A stretch of 64,000 nt of DNA from Pecten maximus. Taxonomy: Eukaryota. This document shows positions 39,370-53,194 of the stretch, in pieces (position 1 is the stretch's first letter; every line of letters begins with the position of its first letter). The position numbers were made by a program, and so were the translations under genes. Where the stretch lies: the NCBI RefSeq assembly GCF_902652985.1, contig NC_047025.1, positions 7,750,001 to 7,814,000 on the forward strand, given 5' to 3'. Under the pieces are notes generated by a model, which saw only the letters and a list, made by a program, of their open reading frames with translations, did no database searches and had not been told where the DNA came from.

Positions 39370-39860
39370 GTGATCTTGGTTTCTAGTTAACTATGATATG
39401 ACCTTGGTTTCTAGATTTCTGTTATGTACATGACCTTGGTTTCTAGGTTACTATGATATATAGTATTAGTTTCTAGGTTTGTTTGATATGACTTTGGTTT
39501 CTAGACTTCTGCGACAGTGACCTTGATTTGTAGGTTTCTATGATGTGACCTTGGTTTGATGGTTTCTATGATGTGACCTTGGTTTCTATGCCTGTTATGT
39601 GACCTTGGTTTCCAGGTTTCTATGATGTGACCTTGGTTTCTATGCCTCTTATGTGACCTTGGTTTCTATGCCTCTTATGTGACCTTGGTTTCTATGCCTC
39701 TTATGTGACCTTGGTTTCTATGCCTCTTATGTGACCTTGGTTTCTATGCCTCTTATGTGACCTTGGTTTCTATGCCTCTTATGTGACCTTGGCTTCCAGG
39801 TTTCTATGATGTGACCTTGGTTTCTAGGTTTATATGATGTGACCTTGGTTTCTAGGTTTT
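39370..39860. repeat. 27-28-bp minisatellite (gtgaccttggtttctaggtttctatgat / gtgaccttggtttctatgcctcttat)
   Basis: Two unit variants in tandem, degenerating toward the left. Confidence 0.9.
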
Positions 39861-41719
39861 TGTCCAATGTGACATTGACTTAATTTAACGAATTATTACC
39901 AAACGTACATTTTTATATATAATTTTGGTGTTATATACCATGCAGTTTTAAGAAGGATATATTACATGTAGTCAGGCTAGCCACTGTGTGAAACAACATA
40001 AAAATTGCACCAGAAAGGAGCAAATTAAGATATAAATCTTGTCAGAGACCTGCATGTTTGTCATATAGAAGCTTAGCAGGTTCTTCTTAAAACTCAATAG
40101 TAAATTTTTCTTTTGATCAGTAGCACTTTCTGACTTCAAAAAAGACTAGAGTACTTCATGGAAATGTTGAAAAGTTAAATGATTAGATTACAGTTTTAGA
40201 AATTGAGTCATTTTACTAATTAAGTTAATTATGATTTAATTGTTTTGTTCAAGAACAAGCGGTTATTTTGTAACACAAGTACATAATTATACAATTTTCT
40301 TACTGATGTAGAAAATGAAAAACTGTGACTGCAGTACATGTGTGTATTCAGGAAGTATACGAGAATGAGAGAATGAGAATGCGGAGAACATTCCGATATC
40401 AACATTGCTATGTCTGCTACATGCCAGTTGTTAAATGGTATAGGAGACACCACGCTTACAATACACAAAGATTTGTCAGCTTAACAGGAAAATCAGAATG
40501 TATGAACATTTTTTGCTGATTTTTTTTAATGGTAGCTATCTTGATTCATATTACCTTCGTATTGCATGAATTAGTGCTTTTCATTGAATGATTTTTCATA
40601 AATCTTTATGTTTTATCAATTATTCATACAAAATAGTCTGATTGCATGTGGGATGATGTTGACGAGTAAAACAAAACTGACATATAGTATAAAAATTCAG
40701 ACAAAAGCTTGCTCTTCATAATCGAGCAAATTATTTCCTGCCATTTTGCTTCGATCCACACACACACACAAGAAACTTAGAATCAAACAGACATTTACTA
40801 CTGTAACCAGAACTTTCATATGGCATTAGCTTTAACAGAATATCGCTAGCTTCTTCCAGGAAATATTAGACGAAAATTACAATACTTACGCCCAGTAATG
40901 CATAAAGCCTTGTCAACTTCAGGACTCATTCACACAAGTAAAAAAAAATAATAATGTTGTTGAATTTCTTTTCTTTTTTTTGGGGGGGGGGGGGGGGGGG
41001 TAACTTTATTCTTCTATGGTTTTCAAATTGATTCAATTTTTAACATGAAAAGGATTTAGATTTAGATAATCTATGTGAAGCTGCATGGTCAAGCTAAGGA
41101 TATTTCTTATAGTGTAGGAATGGGATATAATATAGTCAATATGTAAACTCAATACTAATGGTCACTATTAGGGGGAAGTTACTGTCAGAACAGTTTGTTC
41201 AGAAAGATTACTTGCTTGCCATTTATATGCATACTGGACAATAGGATACCACACAGTGGTCATCTAGGTCACAAACAACAAACATCAAACTGGTCAATTA
41301 GTGTATTAGACCAAATTATCAGTTATACAAGACTTATAAGGTCAAGGTTAATCAAATAACTGATGAATCGGGGTCAAAATTATAGAGAATTAAATAGGAC
41401 ATTTGACTTAAGGTGGTATGTTACATACATTTAGTGCTTTCAAAGAGTTACATTCTGAGAATGGGAAAATCATTTTGTTTGCTGAATTCAAATTTATACT
41501 TTATTTAAATCTTCTTTATATAAATAAATGATTATAAATATTTCTAACATTAAAAACATGCACACTGGTCCATTATTTGTAAATATAGATTAAAGGGAGA
41601 CAACTCAAATGTAAATACACATTTATAGTAAAATGCAAAATGGTTATGTTAGTTAGAAACAATAAGGTTACATAAGTGTAACTTGATAGCTAGATCATGC
41701 TGTTTGGTGTGTTTGATGA

Positions 41720-42197
41720 GTGTAACTTAATTAGGCTAAGGTCACATCAGTGTAAAAGTCACATCATGGTAACTTAGATACCTTCAAGGTCACCACAGTG
41801 TAACTTAATCAGGTACCAAGGTCACATCAGTGTAACTGAATCAGGTACCAAGGTCACATCAGTGTAACTTAATCAGGTACCAAGGTCACATCAGTGTAAC
41901 TTAGATACCAAGGTCACATCAGTGTAACTTAGATACCAAGGTCACATCAGTGTAACTTAAACAGGTACCAAGGTCACATCAGTGTAACTTAATCAGGTAC
42001 CAAGGTCACATCAGTGTAACTTAGATACCAAGGTCACATCAGTGTAACTTAGATACCAAGGTCACATCAGTGTAACTTAGATACCAAGGTCACATCAGTG
42101 TAACTTAGATACCAAGGTCACATCAGTGTAACTTAGATACCAAGGTCACATTAGTGTAACTTAGATACCAAGGTCACATCAGTGTAACTTGGATACC
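41720..42197. repeat. 28/32-bp minisatellite (ccaaggtcacatcagtgtaacttagata)
   Basis: Period 28 (caagg at 42001 and 42029), with a 32-bp aatcaggta variant. Confidence 0.93.
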
Positions 42198-42437
42198 TTT
42201 TACTTAGTTTTGGTTTGTTTTGTTTTGTTTAACGTCCTATTAACAGCCAGAGTCATTTAAGGACGTGCCAGGCTTTGGAGGTGGAGGAAATCCGGAGTAC
42301 CCGGAGAGAAACCACCAGCCTACGGTCATGCAGTACCAGGCAATTGCCCCAGGTACGTTTCGAACTCGTAACCCAGTGGTGGAGGGCTAGTGATAAAGTG
42401 TCTGAACAGTCCTTAACCACTAGGTCACCACGGCCCC
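42198..42437 (-). mobile_element. SINE family A, copy 5 (inserted in the last minisatellite unit)
   Basis: Full length. TSD ttggatacc at 42189-42197 and 42438-42446. Confidence 0.9.
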
Positions 42438-45004
42438 TTGGATACCAATTAAGGTCACATGACCTCAGGTACACCAAGGTTACATCAATAGAACTTACAT
42501 ATCATGATCACAGTTTTAACATGGATACAACAGTTACATGACAATCCACATTGATACCAAGGCTAGAGTAACTTATGAGACAATATCTAAAGGTTTATTA
42601 GTTGCTCAGCTTACTGATTAACTTGCCCTTGTGAGCAAATGTCATTAGATTTCAATGAGGCCTTATAAGGTGAGAGATCAAGTTTAGAAAACTGTAGCTT
42701 GTCAAAAAGATCGACATTTCAGTGAAATGTTACAGTGTGTTCAATTTCAAGTTAGCTGTGCTTCGACAAATGATTTTGAACAGAAAATGTCACTTGGTCC
42801 AACCTAGGAATTTACCAATTATTGTAATGTCAAGGGAACGGAAATCTTCTTTCTTACTTTACTTCAAATGTTAAACTCCAATCTCTATAACTGTTGGACA
42901 TTTTGAACAGACTGGTGATATCAGCGTAAATTTATTGATGTTTTATGTATACATTATCACAATGAAATTGTTTGAATTGTCAGTTCTTGAATATTGGTAT
43001 ATCTCTAGAGAACAGGCATGAGTCAGTAATATTACTTATTACCAAATGTCAAGTCTGTGTTTTACCCTGCATGAAACAGATTTTTGACTAGCTAGACCGC
43101 TTCAGAGACAAAGAAGGACACACACATGCAGAGGAGAGAATCTAATAACGTCTTTTTAGCACAAAAGACAGAAAGAATTCAAATTGACTAGACGAGGGAT
43201 GATTGGGTAAATCAGTGTGCCGATTCTGCTATCACTGAGGGACATGGACGGAGCTGAGGCTACTCTGCTTAAAATATATTGATTGGTTGGCAAAACAGTG
43301 ACTTTTAAATCCCTCTTAAGCTGCTTGAATGCTCTGCTGATGAGGACTGAGAGTATTTGATATTGGGGGGAGGGGGGGGGGGGGGGGGGGACTCAGACTT
43401 AAAAAGAGGAGTATTATTCTTTTTGCTCTTCCACGTTTTTAAAATTCATTATTGTAGTTTTTCATTTACTGAACTAAAAGAACTCACATAGTGTTTGAAT
43501 AAAATTGAACTGTAAATTATTTCACACTGATTAAAAAACTATCCACTTCCTACAAACAGATTGACCCTGCGATTGTATTTCATACATTGCATTGAGTTCA
43601 TAGCATTTAGATTTGTTTGTGGGAAAATGTTTTCAAACTCATCAGTTACAGGTGCCCTGACCGAGATGTGTGTTTAATTAAAGGTACTCTATCATGTCAG
43701 TTTGTCAGATGTATATATACTGGGAAAGGTTGAATTTTCTCATCAGGGCATGTATACATATATAGTAGTAGCCTGACACATGGCCATGACCTTAAGTGGT
43801 TGTATCCATCACTTAAAATCCATGCACAAAATAGAAAAAAAAAATTAAAAAAAAAAAAAAAAAGTTGAAGAAGCTAGATTACTTGAGCAACCTTGGGTCA
43901 TCCGGTTTTAGCTTTCAGGTTTAGAAAGAACAATCTGTGTCATGAACAAAAGAAAAATTACTCTAAAGTGAAAAGAATTAAAGTAAAGATTTTTTGTACA
44001 AAAAAAAAAAGTTAAATGTATTTAGAGAACATACTGGTAGCTGAGTCATTCTACGGCGTCAGAAACACAGTACAAGATCAACATTTAAATAATTTGCCCA
44101 GATCCCAGGGGAGGTAAGCGATGTGACCTATATATCTCCCATTAAGAGATTTGAGTGGAAAAGCATGATTGTGTTTCGAGTTTCTGTTTAGCTTTGTACA
44201 CAGACCTGGATCGGTACACATCCGTTAAAGTTTAATGGCACACTGATTGCAATATGGCTGCTTTTTATGGAATTCCGCACTTCTGAAATTACTAGAGACA
44301 TTCATTTAAAAGTGCAACATTCATTTTGAACTTTGAAAATGAGATTTTTAAAAAAATGCATGTTTTTAACATGAAGATATTTCAGTTTACTTGATTTCAA
44401 TTAAGTTTTTGAAATTTAAAGAACATGAAAGAACATATGATTTAACTAATATCTGAAGTTTTACCATAGATTTAACTAATATCTGACGTGTTACCATAGA
44501 TTTTGTATAATGAAATATTCTAAACGATCAGTATAGTTATTAGATTAATACAATTGTTGATGATTAAATGTCATGGAGTTTGCTGTTGTCATCAAGTGAG
44601 AAATGATCGCAATATCTGTTGCTGTTTTTGGGAAAACAAAACTACCATTTATATGCATATTGGTATTTTGCTGAAATAAATCCTCTGGATAGTGGAATAA
44701 TTTCTTGCATAACAATTTCTGTGCTCATGCTTCGTAAATCATATAACACACAACCGATTGTCCCAGTTGAGATTGATGTGCAGCAGGTACATTTAATGCT
44801 CAGTGACTGATATTAATATGTGAGAGATATATGTATCAAGACTAAAATACTAAATAATATATTAATTACAAGATATGGTTTTATTATTCAATAAACCCAA
44901 GGAACTGACACAACTTTGGAAGGAAAAGCAATATTGGTTTGGCTTATTGCACGATAGTAGGACAGCTTATTCGTTAGTATTTCTACTGAGCTAACCCTTA
45001 TCAA

Positions 45005-45550
45005 TTTGCAGCATGGACTGCAATGCAGCATATGCTGCAATCATGCTGCTTTTATGCTGGCATCATGCTGCTAGTTTCACAGCATGATTGCAGCATGTGC
45101 TGCATAGCAGCATGGTACCATGCTTCTGTACAGCATGTACTGCAACCATGCTTTAAAAATTGAGGTAATTGAATATCTGAACTCTATCATGCTGCAATCA
45201 TGCTTTAAAAATTGAGGTAACATGCTGCAATCATGCTGTGTCAACTTAGTTAATTTATCATATGCACTGTATCATGCTGCAACCATGTTGCAATAACTTT
45301 GCCAGTTTGGATATCGAATTATATCATGCTGCAATCATGCTGTGTGGACTTAGTAAATTAATTTATCATATGAATTGTATCATGCTGCAACCATGCTGCA
45401 ATAACTTTGTCATTTTAGATAGGATCTGTACCATGCTGCAACCATGCTGTATTAACTTTGCCATTTTAGATACAAACTGTACCATGCTGCAATTATGCTG
45501 TATTAACTTAGTTAATTTAATGAACTGCACCATTCTTTCATGTATTAACA
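45005..45550. repeat. Degenerate repeat built on catgctgca / tgcagcatg
   Basis: Recurrent (t/c)catgctgcaa(t/c)catgct units about 50 bp apart. Confidence 0.7.
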
Positions 45551-46045
45551 TGAATTATTTAAGTTGAAATGTGTATATGCTTGGCCATTCTGTATTAGCT
45601 TAAAAGGGCATTCCTTTGTTCGGACATCACAAAATTTCTGTGGGTGAAATGTAGGTCCAAGCGAGGATCCAAAATCTAGGACCAAATTTCCCGGGTACCA
45701 AGATTAACCTAAACAATTATTAATAAAATAAGATACAGAAAATTATCAAAAGTTGGTATCAGATATTTTAGTATCTTTTTTTTTATTTCAAATAAAATAT
45801 AGAAAATTTCCAGGTATCAATGATGATAACAAAATCATTTTTAAAAACATATTGATGTTTGTGTTGCAGAATTTCCTTTTTATACTTGATCAGTACCACA
45901 CATATTTATTTAAAATTCAATAACAATTATTTCATTAAGTATTTCGTTTATAAGTATGTTCTTTGTTAGTATAACGGTTCACAGCTTTTAAATGTGGTAT
46001 TTTGTCAGCTTCCACTTGTAGTTCCATCTCAGAAGGAATTAACTT

Positions 46046-47547
46046 AAGCATTGATGAATGTTGCAAAGCATTGATGAATGTTGCAAAGCATTGATGAATA
46101 TTGCAAAGCATTGATGAATATTGCAAAGCATTGATGAATATTGCAAAGCATTGATGAATATTGCAAAGCATTGATGAATATTGCAAAGCATTGATGAATA
46201 TTGCAAAGCATTGATGAATATTGCAAAGCATTGATGAATATTGCAAAGCATTGATGAATATTGCAAAGCATTGATGAATGTTGCAAAGCATTGATGAATA
46301 TTGCAAAGCATTGATGAATATTGCAAAGCATTGATGAATATTGCAAAGCATTGATGAATATTGCAAAGCATTGATGAATATTGCAAAGCATTGATGAATA
46401 TTGCAAAGCATTGATGAATATTGCAAAGCATTGATGAATATTGCAAAGCATTGATGAATGTTGCAAAGCATTGATGAATATTGCAAAGCATTGATGAATA
46501 TTGCAAAGCATTGATGAATATTGCAAAGCATTGATGAATGTTGCAAAGCATTGATGAATGTTGCAAAGCATTGATGAATGTTGCAAAGCATTGATGAATA
46601 TTGCAAAGCATTGATGAATGTTGCAAAGCATTGATGAATGTTGCAAAGCATTGATGAATGTTGCAAAGCATTGATGAATATTGCAAAGCATTGATGAATA
46701 TTGCAAAGCATTGATGAATATTGCAAAGCATTGATGAATATTGCAAAGCATTGATGAATGTTGCAAAGCATTGATGAATATTGCAAAGCATTGATGAATA
46801 TTGCAAAGCATTGATGAATATTGCAAAGCATTGATGAATATTGCAAAGCATTGATGAATATTGCAAAGCATTGATGAATATTGCAAAGCATTGATGAATA
46901 TTGCAAAGCATTGATGAATGTTGCAAAGCATTGATGAATGTTGCAAAGCATTGATGAATATTGCAAAGCATTGATGAATATTGCAAAGCATTGATGAATG
47001 TTGCAAAGCATTGATGAATGTTGCAAAGCATTGATGAATGTTGCAAAGCATTGATGAATATTGCAAAGCATTGATGAATGTTGCAAAGCATTGATGAATA
47101 TTGCAAAGCATTGATGAATATTGCAAAGCATTGATGAATGTTGCAAAGCATTGATGAATGTTGCAAAGCATTTGATGAATGTTGCAAAGCATTGATGAAT
47201 ATTGCAAAGCATTGATGAATGTTGCAAAGCATTGATGAATATTGCAAAGCATTGATGAATATTGCAAAGCATTGATGAATATTGCAAAGCATTGATGAAT
47301 ATTGCAAAGCATTGATGAATATTGCAAAGCATTGATGAATATTGCAAAGCATTGATGAATATTGCAAAGCATTGATGAATGTTGCAAAGCATTGATGAAT
47401 ATTGCAAAGCATTGATGAATGTTGCAAAGCATTGATGAATATTGCAAAGCATTGATGAATATTGCAAAGCATTGATGAATATTGCAAAGCATTGATGAAT
47501 ATTGCAAAGCATTGATGAATATTGCAAAGCATTGATGAATGTTGCAA
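46046..47547. repeat. Highly homogeneous 20-bp minisatellite, ~75 copies (aagcattgatgaat[a/g]ttgca)
   Basis: Only one variable position plus a single 1-nt insertion near 47171. Explains the three 500+ aa ORFs. Confidence 0.98.
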
Positions 47548-48304
47548 GTTAGTACATTCATGTGACGACTGTCAAAACTCATCCCTATAAAAATTTCATT
47601 CAATTTTTCCGAGTCTAGATCGTTTTTTGAAGAACCAGTATTTTGACTTTTGCTTTGATTATACACTTTTTATCGGAGATAGAATCAGTCACTTTATCCA
47701 AACACTGACATAAACCAAGACGTTGCCATTTACCATGCACCAGCTTACTACCAGGTAGCCATACATGTAACATGTTCGCCAAAACAAAATCGGGGTCACT
47801 CTACCAACAGTTACACATGTGCTTGGAATATCGCTTTTAATTCAATCAAATAAGATTAAAATCACCTGCTCTTTGTCTGTGTATCGCATACTTTCTGGAT
47901 ATATGCTGTTTTAAGATTACATCTGATAATAGCATACGAAGTCACGTCGTGTTTGACACAACATTCATCGCTATAAACTCCAATAAACATGTGTCGAACT
48001 TATAATGTCATTCGGACGCTTCCTTATAAAACGTATATTGAAGTTAAGCACTGTGATGATCTCGACCTCGACATGAGTTTACTAACAAAAAACGATATTC
48101 CGGTACTTTAATCTGAATTATTTGTAATCGTGAACATAAATAGAAAACGTGAATTGGTCGGTTCCTCGTCAGAAAATACATCCATATTAAACAATAGGCG
48201 TATGACAGACGAGGCCAAAACCTCTGGTCAGATTACATGTTTATTGTTCGGTTCACCTATGACCTCGTTTGTTTACCTTGCTCCCGAGATGTGAGATATA
48301 GAAA

Positions 48305-48520
48305 TCAGTGGGCTTATTACCAGGCATGGGCTCATTACAAGACATGCTTATTACTAGATATGGGCTTATTACACAAGTCATGGTTTTATAATTACCAGAC
48401 ATGGGCTTATTACCAGGCATGGGCTTATTACAAGACAGTGGCTTATTACCGGGCATGGGCTTATAACAAGACATAGGTTTATTACCAGATATGGGCTTAG
48501 TACAAGACATGGTCTTATAA
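48305..48520. repeat. ~18-bp tandem repeat (atgggcttattaccaggc)
   Basis: About 11 diverged units. Confidence 0.85.
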
Positions 48521-48559
48521 TGACTGAATCACTAAAATCTGTCTAGGCCATCTATGCAT

Positions 48560-49020
48560 CATCAAAAAACTGAGGCCACCTGTGTATCACTTTAACCTGT
48601 CTATAAAGACCATCTGGGTATCACTTAAACCTGTCTACAAAGGTCATCTGTGATTCACTTAAACCTGTCTACAAAGGTCATCTGTGATTCACTTAAACCT
48701 TTCTATAAAGGCCACCTGTATATCGCTAAAACCTGTATATAAAGGCCACCTGTGTATCACTGAAACCTGTCTATAAAGTTCACCTGTATATCACTTAAAC
48801 CTGTATATAAAGGCCACCTGTGTATCACTGAAACCTGTCTATAAAGGTCACCTGTATATCACTTAAACCTGTCTATAAAGGCCACCTGTATATCACTTAA
48901 ACCTGTCTATAAAGGCCACTTGTATATCACTGAAACCTGTCTATAAAGGTCACCTGTATATCACTTAAACCTGTATATAAAAGTCACTTGTGTATCACTA
49001 AAATCTGTCTATAAAGGATC
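48560..49020. repeat. 34-bp minisatellite (aaacctgtctataaaggccacctgtatatcactt)
   Basis: About 13 tandem units; the unit resembles a pogo-type MITE terminus. Confidence 0.92.
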
Positions 49021-50505
49021 TTGTCTACACAGGCCATAGGTATATGATTTAAACGGATGTCAATAAAGCTAACCTGTATGTTATCTGTTGGCACATGTTT
49101 TCAGCTAAAAACTTAACTGACGTTGTTGTTTCATTATGGGAGTCTGCAGAAAATGTACATGACAAATTTTCAGAAAAGGGATGCTGTCATATAAATATTT
49201 TGTAATGGAAACATTTCCCATTGTCAAACAAAGGAGCTTTTTCAAAAGTTTATAGCTCAATTACATTTTTAAGTCTATGAGTTTTGGTTACTTAAGAGCT
49301 CTGATGTCAAATCGTTGATCAGGACAAGCCTTTGGTGAAATCTGTCATCATAAAAATGTCTCTATGCAATATACCTACAATGTCTGTTAGGTTCCGATAT
49401 CATCTCAGTGGTATACATTTACTGGTCCAAAAGCAGAAGGTATTGTCAAAGTGTCTGATTGAGGAATTGAGGAGAGTCTCCGAGACATTGATTGTCTCGC
49501 TAAAACAGGTTGTCACCGCTGCAGGCCTGCTCTCTGGTGATAGGAGGAAGTTTTCACACAGCAGCACAATAAACACTTGAGTATGCCGTCTCATCTACTC
49601 TCCAAGAGTCTGGAAGTCTCACTTCAGAATACGGAACATATGTCAAGAAAATTTATCAAGGAAAAATTAACATTGATCGTCACTATAGCAATTGACACGT
49701 GACGCACTACTTCAACTCTGAGTCAGAATCATGCTTGACATCAGTATATATATACATATATAACAGAGATGATTCTGAAATTGTAAAAACTTCGGAAATG
49801 TTTTGTTTTACAAACGGAAGTATCATAGTAAGCATTTAGTGATCAAAATACCTTCAAATATATTATGTATTTAAAAGAAAAACTCCACAAAACGTCTTTA
49901 GAACGTCATCCTTACGGATTAATACTTAACAATTTATCATACATATATATATATATATATCTTCATATAAATTACTGGATTTTAACATTTATATTTTATC
50001 AGTAATCTTAATTTAGCACTTTTGGCTTTCAGTTTTTTGAAGCCTTCCACTAAATTTATGATCGTATGGGCTTTTTGAAGGTACTGTTTATTGTTTTAAA
50101 TGGCATTCATTCTGTGGATGCACCAAATTCATCATAGCGCTAATCTATTTAAATTCAGTTGTGTACTAAATTTCAACTGCGCCAGCTAGATTTGTTTACA
50201 GTAATCAAGCATGAAAATTTTGGTAAATTTTGTATACGGGAATAAACTTGAAAAATAAATATCATTTCTGTAGAATAAATCTAGTGTATTTGGCTGAACA
50301 TGGTACTGTGTGGCTGTAAATTGTTTGTGAAACAGATTTTTGCTTGGTTATGCCTCAATAAGCAGTTAGCCCTTTTATTACATAACTCATTACCATTAGA
50401 TAGAAGGCCATCACTGCTATCAACAAAATAGACGTCCTTAGGATTCTGTGAAATATCCTAAATTCTTGTATATAAATATCATCCTTGTAAATTTTTAACT
50501 AAAGG

Positions 50506-50727
50506 ATTTATTTATTTGGTTAAACGTCCTATTAACAGCCAGTGTCATTTAAGGAAGTGCCAGGTTTGGAGGTCGAGAAAAGCTGGATTTCCTGAAGAAA
50601 AACCACCGACCTACGGTCAGTAGCAGGCAACTGCCCCACATGGGTTGCCGACTCGTGACCCAGAGGTGGAGGCTATAGTGATAAAAAAAGTGTCGGGACA
50701 TTTTAACCACTCGGCCATTGCGGCCCC
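50506..50727 (-). mobile_element. SINE family A, copy 6 (diverged)
   Basis: Colinear with the other copies; TSD not clearly preserved. Confidence 0.88.
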
Positions 50728-51249
50728 TGAAGAACCATGTTTAATAAAGTTGACATTGTCCTGAATTTCCATTGTGAACACATCCCTGATTCTTTCAGGA
50801 TAACCTGATATTGGCAGTAAATACATCATGACCTGCAAAATTTTGAGGAATATGCTAGAATCAGCTGATCAATTAAATATTAATTTCTTAAAGATTCCTG
50901 AACACAAAAATAATCAAAATAATATTTATTGGAAATAACAGTTCTGTGCTTGCAATTGAGAAGCTGTATGGAGTCATGGTATCATCAGTGTTCAATGGCC
51001 TTTAATTTTGTCCAATCACATTTAAAGGTCCCACTACCTCTACACATGGGGAGTGCTATGTTGAGACAATTGTGTAGCTGATTCTACATCCTCCATGAGC
51101 TGTTGCCGTTTGCGTAGGACACTTTCCGGTCTCTGTCTGTGCATCAAGCGTTGATCAATTAATATATGACATATTTTTAACCATTTTTGGAACTGAGATG
51201 ACTCCACATTGAATTTAATTGTAAAGCTTTTTTATTCAGTAAGCCTTTA

Positions 51250-52672
51250 GTTCTTTATACAATAGGAATAAGATATGTTTCATTGTTCTATACAATAGGA
51301 ATTAGATAAGTTTCATTGTTCTTTATACAATAGGAATTAGATAAGTTTCATTGTTCTATACAATAGAAATTAGATAAGTTTCATTGTTCTATACAATAGG
51401 AATGAGATAAGTATCATTGTTCTATACAATAGGAATGAGATAAGTATCATTGTTCTGTACAATAGGAATTAGATAAGTTTCATTGTTCTATATACAATAG
51501 GAATAAGAAAAGTTTCATTGTTCTATACAATAGGAATTAGATAAGTTTCATTGTTCTATACAATAGGAATTAGATAAGTTTTATTGTTCTATATACAATA
51601 GGAATTAGATAAGTTTCATTGTTCTATATATAATAGGAATATAATGATAAGTCTCATTGTTCTATATACAATAGGAATTAGATAAGTTTCATTGTTCTAT
51701 GTACAATAGGAATTTAATAAGTCTCATTGTTCTATACAATAGGAATTAGATAAGTTTCATTGTTCTATACAATAGGAATTAGATAAGTCACATTGTTCTA
51801 TACAATAGGAATTAGATAAGTTTCATTGTTCTATATACAATAGAAATTAGAAAGTCTCATTGTTCTATATACAATAGGAATTTAATAAGTTTCATTGTTC
51901 TATACAATTGAAATTAGATAAGTTTCATTGTTCTATATACAATAGAAATTAGATAAGTTTCATTGTTCTATACAATAGGAATTAGATAAGTCACATTGTT
52001 CTATACAATAGGAATTAGATAAGTTTCATTGTTCTATATACAATAGAAATTAGAAAGTCTCATTGTTCTATATACAATAGGAATTTAATAAGTTTCATTG
52101 TTCTATACAATTGAAATTAGATAAGTTTCATTGTTCTATATACAATAGAAATTAGATAAGTTTCATTGTTCTTTACAATAGAAATTAGATAAGTTTCGTT
52201 GTTCTATACAATAGGAATGAGATAAGTTTCATATTGTTCTATATACAATAGGAATTTGATAAGTCACATTGTTCTATACAATAGGAATGAGATAAGTTTC
52301 ATTGTTCTATACAATAGGAATTAGAAAATCTCATTGTTCTTTACAATAGGAATTAGATAAGTTTCATTGTTCTTTACAATAGGAATTAGATAAGTTTCAT
52401 TGTTCTGTACAATAGAAATTAGATAAGTTTCATTGTTCTATACAATAGGAATTAGATAAGTTTCATTGTTCTATACAATAGAAATTGGATAAGTTTCATT
52501 GTTCTGTACAATAGAAATTAGATAAGTTTCATTGTTCTATACAATAGGAATTAGATAAGTTTCATTGTTCTATACAATAGAAATTAGATAAGTTTCATTG
52601 TTCTATATACAATAGGAATTTGATAAATCTCATTGTTCTTTACAATAGGAATTATATAAGTCTCATTGTTCT
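51250..52672. repeat. 33-35-bp minisatellite, ~42 copies (ttctatacaataggaattagataagtttcattg)
   Basis: Tandem units, including a 203-bp higher-order duplication (gtcacattg variant at 51787 and 51990). Confidence 0.96.
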
Positions 52673-53194
52673 TAAACATTTCATAGGGCACCGAGGTGAA
52701 TCTGATTGCTACTATTATTGTTTGAATTTCTTAGAGGTTCTAGGTCCGTAGGGCGTAATAGGGGAATGAGGTATGTTTTCACAACAGAAGCCATTCGGGG
52801 GCTATATACTCAGATTTGCTGACTGAAGAATATTCCAATTTCTGTCAGATAATGGTTATAAGATAATCCGATGTACTGGGTAGAGGAGAGAGATCTCATT
52901 TATCAGCAGAATAATTTCTAGTGTATCATAAAGCAGTCGCTCTGTGTTCCTGAAAATAGATTTTCTTGTAGAATTTATGTTTTGCAGGTGAAACACTTGA
53001 ATGTCTGAGAATATAGTGAAGCAGGTTTATCAAATTTTAAAGTGCTTGGTATTTTAACTATCAGATGATAATTTGAAAATTGGATAGTGCTAAAATTCTC
53101 TAGTAAGACTCTGTCTGGCTATGTGAAATTCATGACTGATTTTATAATGTTATTTTAAATGACAGAAATATCTCGGTGTAATATGTCAATATGA

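Noticed and set aside
45935-47666. Three 500-540 aa ORFs
   Set aside because: They are a by-product of a stop-free 20-bp tandem unit, with no domain, splice or codon evidence.
52989-53024. Strong acceptor tttatgttttgcAG followed by a possible donor
   Set aside because: Stop codons occur in all three frames within the putative exon.
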